Translations under genes and position numbers: made by a program
In this document: positions 1-10,767 of the stretch, piece after piece
How the letters are laid out: every line of letters begins with the position of its first letter
How positions within the stretch are numbered: position 1 is the first letter of the stretch
Notes under the pieces: model-generated
What the model was told of the DNA's origin: nothing
Databases searched by the model: none
Seen by the model: only the letters and a program-made list of their open reading frames with translations
NCBI RefSeq assembly: GCF_029227855.1
Contig: NZ_CP074356.1
Source: Escherichia coli
Lineage (GTDB): Bacteria > Pseudomonadota > Gammaproteobacteria > Enterobacterales > Enterobacteriaceae
Direction: 5' to 3' (one strand)
DNA length: 64,000 nt

Positions 1-1151
1 TTCGCCAGCGCGCCCACTATGTCGATATTATTTTTGGGCCGCAAACGCTGCACCGTCTGCCGGAGATGATCAACTCCGTGCGCGGCGACCGCAGCCCGGT
101 TGTAGATATCAGCTTCCCGGAAATCGAGAAGTTTGACCGTCTGCCGGAACCGCGTGCCGAAGGGCCGACCGCGTTTGTCTCCATCATGGAAGGCTGCAAT
201 AAATATTGCACCTACTGCGTAGTGCCTTACACCCGTGGTGAAGAGGTAAGCCGTCCGTCCGACGATATTCTGTTTGAGATCGCCCAGCTTGCGGCTCAGG
301 GCGTGCGTGAAGTCAACCTGCTCGGTCAGAACGTGAACGCCTGGCGTGGTGAAAACTACGACGGCACCACCGGATCGTTTGCCGATCTGCTGCGTCTGGT
401 TGCTGCGATCGACGGGATCGATCGTATTCGCTTTACCACCAGCCATCCGATCGAATTCACCGACGATATCATCGAAGTGTACCGCGACACGCCGGAGCTG
501 GTGAGCTTCCTGCATCTGCCGGTACAGAGCGGTTCCGATCGCATTCTGAACCTGATGGGACGTACCCATACAGCGCTGGAGTACAAAGCGATCATCCGTA
601 AACTGCGTGCGGCGCGTCCGGATATTCAGATCAGTTCTGACTTCATCGTTGGCTTCCCTGGCGAAACCACCGAAGACTTCGAGAAAACGATGAAGCTGAT
701 TGCCGACGTCAATTTCGACATGAGCTACAGCTTTATCTTCTCTGCACGTCCGGGTACGCCAGCCGCCGATATGGTTGATGATGTTCCGGAAGAAGAGAAG
801 AAGCAGCGTCTGTATATTCTACAAGAACGTATTAATCAGCAAGCGATGGCATGGAGCCGCCGGATGCTCGGCACCACCCAGCGTATTCTGGTAGAAGGTA
901 CATCGCGTAAGAGCATCATGGAGCTTTCCGGTCGCACTGAAAATAACCGCGTGGTCAACTTCGAGGGCACACCGGATATGATCGGTAAATTCGTCGATGT
1001 AGAAATTACCGACGTCTACCCGAACTCTCTGCGCGGTAAAGTGGTGCGAACTGAAGATGAAATGGGTCTGCGCGTGGCAGAAACACCGGAATCGGTCATT
1101 GCCCGTACCCGCAAAGAAAACGACCTTGGCGTGGGTTATTATCAGCCATAA
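1..1151 (+). CDS. miaB: tRNA-i6A37 methylthiotransferase MiaB, 3' portion (5' end lies outside the window)
   Basis: ORF 66..1151 continues upstream in frame; radical-SAM CxxxCxxC motif (CNKYCTYC) and TRAM-like C-terminus; stop at 1151. Confidence 0.93.
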
Positions 1152-1155
1152 TTCT

Positions 1156-1188
1156 CAGGCCCGCCGTTCCGGTGGGCCTTGTTTTTTC
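1156..1188 (+). terminator. Intrinsic terminator after miaB
   Basis: GC-rich hairpin ggcccgcc/ggtgggcc (1158..1178) followed by ttgttttttctc. Confidence 0.6.
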
Positions 1189-1303
1189 TCTCTTTATCCC
1201 CATCTTTATCGCAATGCTTGCGCCTTTTTCCTGTGGCGTGAATAATTTCCTTATAGGCCGGTGAATGTTCAGCTTCCGGCGGCATACAGATAAGAGGAAC
1301 GGT

Positions 1304-2344
1304 TTGAACATAGACACTCGCGAAATCACCCTGGAGCCAGCAGACAATGCGCGTCTGTTGAGCCTGTGCGGCCCGTTTGATGACAACATCAAACAGCTCG
1401 AACGCCGTCTCGGCATCGAGATCAATCGCCGCGATAACCACTTTAAACTGACCGGCCGTCCGATTTGCGTCACCGCTGCGGCAGACATTCTGCGTAGCCT
1501 GTATGTCGATACAGCCCCGATGCGCGGTCAGATTCAGGATATCGAACCGGAACAGATCCACCTTGCGATTAAAGAAGCGCGGGTACTGGAGCAAAGCGCG
1601 GAGAGCGTGCCGGAGTACGGCAAAGCGGTCAATATCAAAACCAAACGCGGCGTAATCAAGCCGCGCACGCCAAACCAGGCGCAGTACATTGCCAATATTC
1701 TCGACCATGACATCACCTTCGGCGTTGGCCCGGCGGGTACGGGTAAAACCTACCTGGCAGTGGCTGCGGCAGTTGATGCCCTGGAGCGTCAGGAAATTCG
1801 CCGTATTCTGCTGACTCGTCCGGCGGTCGAAGCCGGTGAGAAACTGGGCTTCCTGCCTGGCGATTTAAGCCAGAAAGTAGACCCGTATCTGCGCCCACTG
1901 TACGACGCGCTGTTTGAAATGCTGGGCTTTGAGAAAGTCGAGAAACTGATTGAGCGCAACGTTATTGAAGTCGCGCCGCTGGCCTATATGCGTGGTCGTA
2001 CGCTGAACGACGCGTTTATCATTCTCGATGAGAGCCAGAACACCACCATCGAACAGATGAAGATGTTCCTGACCCGTATCGGTTTTAACTCAAAAGCGGT
2101 TATCACCGGCGACGTCACACAGATCGACCTGCCGCGTAATACCAAGTCAGGCTTGCGTCACGCCATCGAAGTGCTGGCTGACGTCGAAGAGATCAGCTTT
2201 AACTTCTTCCACAGCGAAGACGTGGTTCGTCACCCGGTGGTGGCGCGTATCGTTAACGCTTATGAAGCCTGGGAAGAAGCAGAACAAAAACGTAAAGCGG
2301 CGCTGGCAGCAGAACGCAAGCGCGAAGAACAGGAACAAAAATGA
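1304..2344 (+). CDS. ybeZ: PhoH-like ATPase YbeZ
   Basis: Walker A GPAGTGKT; TTG at 1304 preceded by aagagga RBS; alternative upstream ATG at 1265 gives 359 aa. Confidence 0.9.
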
Positions 2345-2808
2345 GTCAGGTGATCCTCGATTTACAACTGGCATGTGAAGATAATTCCGGGTTACCGGAA
2401 GAGAGCCAGTTTCAAACATGGCTGAATGCGGTGATCCCGCAGTTTCAGGAAGAGTCGGAAGTGACTATTCGCGTGGTCGATACCGCCGAAAGCCACAGTC
2501 TGAATCTGACCTATCGCGGTAAGGATAAGCCGACCAACGTGCTCTCCTTCCCGTTTGAAGTGCCGCCTGGAATGGAGATGTCGCTACTGGGCGATCTGGT
2601 TATCTGCCGTCAGGTGGTTGAGAAGGAAGCACAGGAGCAAGGCAAACCACTGGAGGCGCACTGGGCGCATATGGTGGTGCACGGCAGTCTGCATTTGTTA
2701 GGTTACGATCACATCGAAGATGACGAAGCAGAAGAAATGGAAGCCCTCGAAACAGAGATTATGCTTGCTCTGGGCTATGAGGATCCGTACATTGCCGAGA
2801 AAGAATAA
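2341..2808 (+). CDS. ybeY: Endoribonuclease YbeY (16S rRNA 3' maturation)
   Basis: 155 aa; HxxxH metal motif ([11 protein letters not shown]); ATGA overlap with ybeZ stop. Confidence 0.95.
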
Positions 2809-2897
2809 TTTGCCAGGCATTTGACTGGCAGATGTCCCCGCCGTTGGTGATTAACGACGGCGTTTTGATTAACTAACATGAGAACCCATACGACGCC

Positions 2898-3776
2898 ATG
2901 AGCGACGACAATTCACACAGTAGTGACACGATAAGCAACAAGAAGGGATTTTTCTCCCTGTTACTCAGCCAACTTTTCCACGGTGAACCGAAAAACCGTG
3001 ACGAACTGCTGGCGCTGATCCGTGATTCCGGGCAGAACGACCTTATCGACGAAGATACGCGCGATATGCTCGAAGGGGTGATGGACATCGCAGACCAACG
3101 CGTTCGCGACATCATGATCCCCCGCTCCCAGATGATTACCCTGAAACGCAACCAGACGCTGGACGAATGCCTTGATGTCATCATCGAGTCCGCCCACTCA
3201 CGTTTCCCGGTGATTAGCGAAGACAAAGATCACATTGAAGGGATTCTGATGGCGAAAGACTTGCTGCCGTTTATGCGCAGCGATGCTGAAGCCTTCAGCA
3301 TGGACAAAGTGTTACGTCAGGCGGTTGTCGTTCCTGAAAGTAAGCGCGTAGACCGGATGCTGAAAGAGTTTCGCTCTCAGCGTTACCACATGGCGATCGT
3401 CATTGACGAATTCGGTGGGGTTTCCGGTCTGGTGACCATTGAAGACATCCTGGAACTGATTGTTGGTGAGATTGAAGACGAGTATGACGAAGAAGATGAT
3501 ATCGACTTCCGTCAGCTGAGTCGTCATACCTGGACCGTGCGCGCACTGGCTTCCATTGAAGACTTCAACGAAGCGTTCGGCACCCACTTTAGCGATGAAG
3601 AGGTTGACACTATCGGTGGTCTGGTGATGCAGGCATTTGGGCATCTTCCGGCGCGTGGCGAAACCATCGACATCGACGGTTACCAGTTCAAAGTGGCGAT
3701 GGCTGACAGTCGGCGTATTATTCAGGTTCATGTCAAAATCCCGGATGACTCACCCCAGCCGAAGCTGGATGAATAA
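2898..3776 (+). CDS. corC: CorC/YbeX CBS-domain magnesium/cobalt efflux protein
   Basis: 292 aa ORF with CBS-pair and CorC_HlyC-like C-terminus, conserved position after ybeY. Confidence 0.93.
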   Translation: MSDDNSHSSDTISNKKGFFSLLLSQLFHGEPKNRDELLALIRDSGQNDLIDEDTRDMLEGVMDIADQRVRDIMIPRSQMITLKRNQTLDECLDVIIESAHSRFPVISEDKDHIEGILMAKDLLPFMRSDAEAFSMDKVLRQAVVVPESKRVDRMLKEFRSQRYHMAIVIDEFGGVSGLVTIEDILELIVGEIEDEYDEEDDIDFRQLSRHTWTVRALASIEDFNEAFGTHFSDEEVDTIGGLVMQAFGHLPARGETIDIDGYQFKVAMADSRRIIQVHVKIPDDSPQPKLDE

Positions 3777-3800
3777 AACCGAAACTGGATAGATAACTAC

Positions 3801-5339
3801 ATGGCTTTTGCCTCATTAATTGAACGCCAGCGCATTCGCCTGCTGCTGGCGTTATTATTCGGTGCCTGCGGAACGCTGGCCTTCTCTCCTTACGACGTCT
3901 GGTCTGCGGCGATTATTTCGCTGATGGGGCTTCAGGCGCTGACCTTTAACCGCCGTCCACTCCAGTCTGCCGCTATTGGCTTTTGCTGGGGATTTGGCCT
4001 CTTTGGCAGCGGTATTAACTGGGTCTATGTCAGCATCGCGACTTTTGGCGGAATGCCTGGCCCGGTTAACATCTTCCTGGTGGTACTGCTGGCGGCGTAT
4101 TTGTCGCTGTATACCGGATTATTTGCTGGCGTGCTGTCGCGTCTGTGGCCGAAAACCACCTGGCTGCGCGTGGCTATTGCCGCCCCTGCTCTCTGGCAAG
4201 TGACCGAGTTTCTGCGCGGTTGGGTGCTGACTGGTTTCCCGTGGTTACAGTTCGGCTATAGCCAGATTGATGGCCCGTTAAAAGGGCTGGCACCGATAAT
4301 GGGCGTGGAAGCCATTAACTTCCTGCTAATGATGGTTAGCGGCCTGCTGGCACTGGCGTTGGTCAAACGCAACTGGCGTCCGATGGTGGTGGCCGTCGTG
4401 CTGTTCGCCCTTCCCTTCCCGCTGCGTTACATCCAGTGGTTTACCCCGCAACCGGAGAAAACCATTCAGGTTTCGATGGTTCAGGGCGATATTCCGCAAT
4501 CGCTGAAGTGGGACGAAAGCCAGCTTCTTAATACGCTGAAAATTTATTACAACGCGACGGCACCGCTGATGGGCAAATCGTCGCTGATTATCTGGCCGGA
4601 GTCGGCGATAACCGATCTGGAAATTAATCAGCAACCGTTCCTCAAAGCACTGGACGGTGAGTTGCGCGATAAAGGTAGCTCGCTGGTCACCGGGATTGTC
4701 GACGCGCGTCTCAATAAGCAGAACCGCTACGATACCTACAACACCATCATCACGCTGGGGAAAGGTGCGCCGTACAGCTACGAATCAGCCGATCGCTATA
4801 ACAAAAACCATCTGGTGCCGTTTGGCGAGTTTGTCCCGCTGGAGTCGATTCTGCGTCCGTTAGCGCCGTTCTTTGATCTGCCGATGTCGTCGTTCAGCCG
4901 TGGGCCATATATCCAGCCGCTGCTGTCGGTAAACGGTATTGAGCTTACTGCGGCTATTTGCTACGAGATCATTCTTGGCGAGCAAGTGCGTGATAACTTC
5001 CGCCCGGATACCGACTACCTGCTGACTATCTCCAACGATGCGTGGTTTGGTAAATCTATTGGTCCATGGCAACACTTCCAGATGGCGCGAATGCGTGCGC
5101 TGGAGTTGGCGCGCCCGCTACTGCGCAGCACCAATAACGGCATTACGGCGGTGATTGGCCCGCAGGGTGAGATTCAGGCGATGATCCCGCAATTCACCCG
5201 CGAAGTATTAACCACTAACGTGACGCCGACTACCGGACTCACACCGTACGCACGTACCGGCAACTGGCCGCTGTGGGTACTGACGGCATTGTTTGGTTTT
5301 GCTGCTGTGCTGATGAGCCTGCGTCAACGACGTAAATAA
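3801..5339 (+). CDS. lnt: Apolipoprotein N-acyltransferase Lnt
   Basis: 512 aa, N-terminal multi-TM region plus C-terminal CN-hydrolase domain (catalytic Cys in AICYEI). Confidence 0.95.
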   Translation: MAFASLIERQRIRLLLALLFGACGTLAFSPYDVWSAAIISLMGLQALTFNRRPLQSAAIGFCWGFGLFGSGINWVYVSIATFGGMPGPVNIFLVVLLAAYLSLYTGLFAGVLSRLWPKTTWLRVAIAAPALWQVTEFLRGWVLTGFPWLQFGYSQIDGPLKGLAPIMGVEAINFLLMMVSGLLALALVKRNWRPMVVAVVLFALPFPLRYIQWFTPQPEKTIQVSMVQGDIPQSLKWDESQLLNTLKIYYNATAPLMGKSSLIIWPESAITDLEINQQPFLKALDGELRDKGSSLVTGIVDARLNKQNRYDTYNTIITLGKGAPYSYESADRYNKNHLVPFGEFVPLESILRPLAPFFDLPMSSFSRGPYIQPLLSVNGIELTAAICYEIILGEQVRDNFRPDTDYLLTISNDAWFGKSIGPWQHFQMARMRALELARPLLRSTNNGITAVIGPQGEIQAMIPQFTREVLTTNVTPTTGLTPYARTGNWPLWVLTALFGFAAVLMSLRQRRK

Positions 5340-5382
5340 TCCCTTCTTATCGTGCCGGAATACATCCCGTATTTCGGCACGC

Positions 5383-5418
5383 TCACCGGATGCGGCATCA
5401 GTGCGTTATCCGGATAAC
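5383..5418. repeat. REP-like palindromic element downstream of lnt
   Basis: ccggatgcggc...gcgttatccgg resembles REP consensus (gccggatgcggcg...ttatccggc); preceded by hairpin 5352..5380. Confidence 0.4.
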
Positions 5419-5735
5419 AAAATTCCCCTATCCAACTTTGGCACATCTATTGCTTTGTTATACAAGGCAAAGCTTGAACCAGCATCAGTACAACCCGGTT
5501 GCACCACAGCAATCCACGGGTAGCACCAAAAGAGTGCATTTTAAGAATTTTGCTTCGGAATGGTGCGGCGCATCTCGCAAAAACAAACAATAAAACAGCA
5601 ATATCTTTACATTTAACCAAACTAAATGTTACCTAACAGGCACAACACTGCACAATAAAGTTGCAGACGATAACAACACAAACACTCACAACAGGTATCC
5701 ATGCGTTCTTAACGCAGAAGATAAAGGAGTTGGAT

Positions 5736-6644
5736 ATGCAATTACGTAAACCTGCCACAGCAATCCTCGCCCTGGCGCTTTCCGCAGGACTGGCACAGGC
5801 AGATGACGCCGTCCCGGCAGCAGGCAGTACGCTGGACAAAATCGCCAAAAACGGCGTGATTGTCGTCGGTCACCGTGAATCTTCAGTACCTTTCTCTTAT
5901 TACGACAATCAGCAAAAAGTGGTGGGTTACTCGCAGGATTACTCCAACGCCATTGTTGAAGCAGTGAAAAAGAAACTCAACAAACCGGACTTGCAGGTAA
6001 AACTGATTCCGATTACCTCACAAAACCGTATTCCACTGCTGCAAAACGGCACTTTCGATTTTGAATGTGGTTCTACCACCAACAACGTCGAACGCCAAAA
6101 ACAGGCGGCTTTCTCTGACACTATTTTCGTGGTCGGTACGCGCCTGCTGACCAAAAAGGGCGGCGATATCAAAGATTTCGCCGATCTGAAAGGTAAAGCC
6201 GTAGTCGTCACTTCCGGCACTACCTCTGAAGTTTTGCTCAACAAACTGAATGAAGAGCAAAAAATGAATATGCGAATTATCAGCGCCAAAGATCACGGTG
6301 ACTCTTTCCGCACCCTGGAAAGCGGTCGTGCCGTTGCCTTTATGATGGATGATGCTCTGCTGGCTGGTGAACGTGCGAAAGCGAAGAAACCAGACAACTG
6401 GGAAATCGTCGGCAAGCCGCAGTCTCAGGAAGCCTACGGTTGCATGTTGCGTAAAGACGATCCGCAGTTCAAAAAGCTGATGGATGACACTATCGCTCAG
6501 GTGCAGACCTCCGGTGAAGCGGAAAAATGGTTTGATAAATGGTTCAAAAACCCAATTCCGCCGAAAAACCTGAACATGAATTTCGAACTGTCAGACGAAA
6601 TGAAAGCACTGTTCAAAGAACCGAATGACAAGGCACTGAACTAA
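5736..6644 (+). CDS. gltI: Glutamate/aspartate periplasmic binding protein GltI
   Basis: ATG at 5736 with aaggag RBS and signal peptide MQLRKPATAILALALSAGLAQA; ORF track extends to 5661 in frame. Confidence 0.93.
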   Translation: MQLRKPATAILALALSAGLAQADDAVPAAGSTLDKIAKNGVIVVGHRESSVPFSYYDNQQKVVGYSQDYSNAIVEAVKKKLNKPDLQVKLIPITSQNRIPLLQNGTFDFECGSTTNNVERQKQAAFSDTIFVVGTRLLTKKGGDIKDFADLKGKAVVVTSGTTSEVLLNKLNEEQKMNMRIISAKDHGDSFRTLESGRAVAFMMDDALLAGERAKAKKPDNWEIVGKPQSQEAYGCMLRKDDPQFKKLMDDTIAQVQTSGEAEKWFDKWFKNPIPPKNLNMNFELSDEMKALFKEPNDKALN

Positions 6645-6800
6645 TTACAAGAACCAGGGGCGGAAATTCCAGCCCTCTCGATTGTTACGTAGCACGGACA
6701 GACTATACGCCTGATGGTCGTTCCCCATCGGGCCTGAAAACCGCAATACGCTGGGTAACAATCTTCGAGGGTAGCAGTTAACGCTGCTACCCTCTTTTTT
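6640..6800 (+). ncRNA. sroC: SroC-like sRNA processed from the gltI-gltJ spacer (GcvB sponge)
   Basis: Position at gltI 3' end/gltI-gltJ spacer ending at a strong intrinsic terminator matches the known location of SroC; 5' boundary approximate. Confidence 0.5.
6767..6800 (+). terminator. Intra-operon intrinsic terminator between gltI and gltJ
   Basis: Perfect 11-bp stem gagggtagcag/ctgctaccctc with loop ttaacg followed by tttttt. Confidence 0.8.
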
Positions 6801-6813
6801 CTGGAGTAGATTT

Positions 6814-7554
6814 ATGTCTATAGACTGGAACTGGGGTATTTTTTTACAACAAGCCCCGTTCGGCAACACCACCTATCTTGGTTGGATCTGGAGTGGTTTT
6901 CAGGTGACGATCGCTTTGTCGATCTGCGCCTGGATTATCGCTTTCCTCGTCGGTTCATTTTTCGGCATTTTACGTACCGTTCCAAACCGTTTTCTCTCCG
7001 GTCTGGGTACGTTGTATGTCGAACTGTTCCGCAACGTGCCGTTGATTGTGCAATTCTTTACCTGGTATCTGGTGATCCCGGAGCTGTTGCCGGAGAAAAT
7101 CGGCATGTGGTTTAAGGCCGAGCTGGATCCCAATATTCAGTTTTTCCTTTCATCCATGCTTTGCCTGGGGCTGTTTACCGCCGCCCGTGTTTGCGAACAG
7201 GTACGCGCCGCGATCCAGTCGCTGCCGCGTGGGCAGAAGAATGCCGCGCTGGCGATGGGTCTGACGCTGCCGCAGGCTTACCGCTATGTACTGTTGCCTA
7301 ATGCTTATCGCGTTATCGTCCCGCCGATGACCTCCGAGATGATGAACCTGGTGAAAAACTCCGCCATCGCCTCGACCATCGGTCTGGTGGATATGGCAGC
7401 GCAGGCCGGTAAATTGCTTGATTACTCAGCCCACGCCTGGGAGTCGTTTACCGCCATTACGCTTGCGTATGTGTTGATTAACGCTTTTATCATGCTGGTG
7501 ATGACGCTGGTTGAACGTAAAGTTCGCCTGCCCGGCAACATGGGGGGCAAATAA
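6814..7554 (+). CDS. gltJ: Glutamate/aspartate ABC transporter permease GltJ
   Basis: 246 aa polar amino-acid ABC permease; follows gltI. Confidence 0.94.
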
Positions 7555-8228
7555 TGTACGAGTTTGACTGGAGTTCCATTGTCCCTTCCCTGCCATATCT
7601 GCTGGATGGGCTGGTGATCACCCTGAAAATCACCGTCACGGCAGTCGTGATTGGTATTTTGTGGGGCACCATGCTGGCGGTGATGCGCTTGTCCAGCTTT
7701 GCGCCCGTAGCGTGGTTTGCCAAAGCCTACGTTAACGTATTCCGCTCGATTCCTTTAGTTATGGTTTTGCTGTGGTTTTACCTGATTGTGCCGGGTTTTC
7801 TGCAAAACGTGCTGGGATTATCGCCAAAAAATGATATCCGTTTAATTTCGGCAATGGTGGCGTTTTCGATGTTTGAAGCGGCCTACTATTCAGAGATTAT
7901 CCGTGCCGGTATTCAAAGTATTTCCCGTGGTCAGTCGAGCGCCGCGCTGGCGTTGGGAATGACTCACTGGCAGTCGATGAAACTGATTATTCTGCCGCAG
8001 GCTTTCCGCGCGATGGTGCCGCTGCTGCTCACTCAGGGCATCGTACTGTTCCAGGATACCTCGCTGGTGTATGTGTTATCTCTGGCCGATTTCTTCCGTA
8101 CCGCCTCAACCATTGGTGAGCGTGATGGTACGCAGGTTGAGATGATCCTGTTTGCCGGATTTGTTTATTTCGTTATTAGCCTTAGCGCGTCGTTGTTGGT
8201 CAGCTACTTGAAAAGAAGGACAGCATAA
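7554..8228 (+). CDS. gltK: Glutamate/aspartate ABC transporter permease GltK
   Basis: 224 aa permease; TAATG overlap with gltJ. Confidence 0.94.
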
Positions 8229-8953
8229 TGATTACCCTGAAAAATGTTTCAAAATGGTATGGTCACTTTCAGGTGCTGACCGACTGCTCAACCGAAGTGA
8301 AAAAAGGCGAAGTGGTGGTGGTTTGCGGCCCGTCTGGTTCCGGTAAATCAACGCTGATTAAAACCGTCAACGGCCTCGAACCGGTGCAGCAAGGTGAAAT
8401 CACCGTCGATGGTATCGTGGTTAACGATAAGAAAACCGATCTGGCAAAGCTGCGTTCCCGCGTCGGGATGGTGTTCCAGCATTTCGAGTTGTTCCCCCAT
8501 TTGTCGATTATTGAAAACCTGACCCTGGCGCAGGTGAAAGTGCTAAAACGCGATAAAGCACCCGCTCGTGAAAAAGCATTGAAATTGCTGGAGCGCGTCG
8601 GGCTTTCCGCTCATGCCAATAAGTTTCCGGCGCAGCTTTCCGGCGGTCAGCAGCAGCGTGTGGCGATCGCTCGCGCATTGTGCATGGATCCTATTGCCAT
8701 GCTGTTCGACGAACCGACATCGGCGCTGGATCCGGAGATGATCAACGAAGTGCTGGACGTAATGGTCGAACTGGCGAATGAAGGAATGACCATGATGGTG
8801 GTGACCCACGAAATGGGCTTTGCCCGTAAAGTGGCGAATCGGGTGATCTTTATGGACGAGGGTAAAATTGTCGAAGACTCGCCGAAAGACGCTTTCTTCG
8901 ATGATCCGAAATCGGACCGCGCAAAAGACTTCCTCGCGAAAATCCTGCATTAA
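8228..8953 (+). CDS. gltL: Glutamate/aspartate ABC transporter ATP-binding protein GltL
   Basis: Walker [13 protein letters not shown] signature LSGGQQQR, Walker [12 protein letters not shown]. Confidence 0.95.
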   Translation: MITLKNVSKWYGHFQVLTDCSTEVKKGEVVVVCGPSGSGKSTLIKTVNGLEPVQQGEITVDGIVVNDKKTDLAKLRSRVGMVFQHFELFPHLSIIENLTLAQVKVLKRDKAPAREKALKLLERVGLSAHANKFPAQLSGGQQQRVAIARALCMDPIAMLFDEPTSALDPEMINEVLDVMVELANEGMTMMVVTHEMGFARKVANRVIFMDEGKIVEDSPKDAFFDDPKSDRAKDFLAKILH

Positions 8954-9070
8954 TCACTCTGGCGCGCATACCCAATTGCGCGCCATCTCACGCTTTATCG
9001 TTTCGCCCCTCGTATCTGTTACATCCTGGCGTTACCCTTGTCGCAAAGAAGCACACAACAAGGAGCAACA

Positions 9071-10006
9071 ATGGCACTGCCAATTCTGTTAGATTGCGAC
9101 CCAGGTCATGACGACGCTATCGCAATAGTTCTTGCCCTCGCCTCACCAGAGCTTGATATCAAAGCAATTACGTCTTCCGCCGGAAACCAGACTCCAGAAA
9201 AAACCTTACGCAATGTTCTGCGTATGCTGACCTTGCTTAATCGCACCGATATTCCGGTGGCAGGCGGCGCGGTAAAACCGTTAATGCGTGAGTTGATTAT
9301 CGCGGACAATGTGCACGGTGAAAGCGGTCTCGACGGCCCGGCATTACCGGAACCGACGTTCGCACCGCAAAACTGTACGGCGGTAGAGCTGATGGCGAAA
9401 ACGCTGCGTGAAAGTGCGGAACCTGTCACGATTGTTTCTACCGGGCCGCAAACTAACGTTGCCTTGCTGCTCAATAGCCATCCGGAACTGCATAGCAAAA
9501 TTGCCCGTATCGTGATTATGGGCGGCGCAATGGGGCTTGGTAACTGGACGCCTGCGGCTGAATTTAATATTTACGTTGACCCGGAAGCGGCAGAAATTGT
9601 CTTCCAGTCAAGGATCCCGGTGGTGATGGCCGGTCTGGATGTTACTCATAAAGCGCAAATCCACGTTGAAGACACCGAGCGTTTCCGCGCGATTGGCAAC
9701 CCTGTTTCAACCATTGTTGCCGAACTGCTGGATTTCTTCCTCGAATATCATAAAGACGAAAAATGGGGCTTTGTCGGCGCACCGCTGCATGACCCATGCA
9801 CCATCGCCTGGCTGTTAAAACCGGAGTTGTTTACCACTGTTGAGCGCTGGGTTGGCGTGGAAACACAAGGGAAATATACCCAGGGTATGACGGTTGTTGA
9901 TTATTATTATCTGACCGGCAATAAACCGAATGCCTCTGTAATGGTCGATGTTGATCGTCAGGGCTTTGTTGATTTACTGGCTGATCGTCTGAAATTTTAC
10001 GCTTAA
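9071..10006 (+). CDS. rihA: Pyrimidine-specific ribonucleoside hydrolase RihA
   Basis: N-terminal DCDPGHDD nucleoside hydrolase motif; aaggag RBS before ATG 9071. Confidence 0.93.
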   Translation: MALPILLDCDPGHDDAIAIVLALASPELDIKAITSSAGNQTPEKTLRNVLRMLTLLNRTDIPVAGGAVKPLMRELIIADNVHGESGLDGPALPEPTFAPQNCTAVELMAKTLRESAEPVTIVSTGPQTNVALLLNSHPELHSKIARIVIMGGAMGLGNWTPAAEFNIYVDPEAAEIVFQSRIPVVMAGLDVTHKAQIHVEDTERFRAIGNPVSTIVAELLDFFLEYHKDEKWGFVGAPLHDPCTIAWLLKPELFTTVERWVGVETQGKYTQGMTVVDYYYLTGNKPNASVMVDVDRQGFVDLLADRLKFYA

Positions 10007-10011
10007 TCACT

Positions 10012-10036
10012 CGCCGGATGACATCACGCCATCCGG
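10012..10036. terminator. Hairpin between convergent rihA and ybeL (REP-like, possibly bidirectional terminator)
   Basis: gccggatg / catccggc 8-bp stem with 9-nt loop in the 44-bp gap. Confidence 0.45.
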
Positions 10037-10050
10037 CACCACTCATTTCA

Positions 10051-10533
10051 TTAAGGCTCGAACGGGCGTCTCTGGAACTGGTCATGACCACATTTCGGGC
10101 ATAGCGTCAGCACTTCCGGTGTATAGATCGGGAGATGGAAATGACATTTCTCGCAGACCAGATTACCCAGCCCTACCACTTCTCCGCTGTGATAAACCCC
10201 GTGATGATTGAGGTCCTGGAAAACTTCGCGCCATTCAAGCTGCGTTTTATCGGTGATGTCTGCCAGTTCCTGCCACAAGCTTTCTTTAATCACCCGCATA
10301 AAGACGCTGTCAGACTCTTCTTTCAGGCTCTCTTCATAGCTCATGGCGAACTCTTCCAGGTCACGTCTGACAGCTCGCGTCAGCTCATCGACTTCGGTTC
10401 GCGTTAACTCCCCTGTTTTTATTACGCGCTCGCGCGCCTGTTCCACCAGTGCGTCGATATCACGTTCGCCATTGCGCAGGCGTTCGCTCAGTGACGCGAC
10501 CAGTTCACGGTAATATTGAGCAACCTTGTTCAT
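10051..10533 (-). CDS. ybeL: DUF1451 zinc-ribbon protein YbeL
   Basis: 160 aa ORF, C-terminal CxxC...CxxC zinc ribbon (CEKCHF...CPKCGH). Confidence 0.88.
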   Translation of the reverse strand: MNKVAQYYRELVASLSERLRNGERDIDALVEQARERVIKTGELTRTEVDELTRAVRRDLEEFAMSYEESLKEESDSVFMRVIKESLWQELADITDKTQLEWREVFQDLNHHGVYHSGEVVGLGNLVCEKCHFHLPIYTPEVLTLCPKCGHDQFQRRPFEP

Positions 10534-10767
10534 CGTTTCATCTCCCGGGTCGTTAACTGACTATAATAATAGACGTTCTTTGTTCCTTGCTTTGCTAATA
10601 CGCCCACAAACTCTGTAAATTAATGTATGAATAATCCGGGCATCATTTCAACGTCGAATGCGCGAAAGGCTGTTTTGACGCGGACGTTTGGGCTATGCTA
10701 TGCGGATCTGAAAAACCACCTCAACGCTACATTTGTAGCCGTATTGAAAACAGGACCACTGGCTGCC

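Noticed and set aside
1142-1708. 188-codon minus-strand ORF spanning the miaB-ybeZ junction
   Set aside because: It overlaps the miaB terminator and the ybeZ 5' coding region on the opposite strand, with no RBS and no domain signature.
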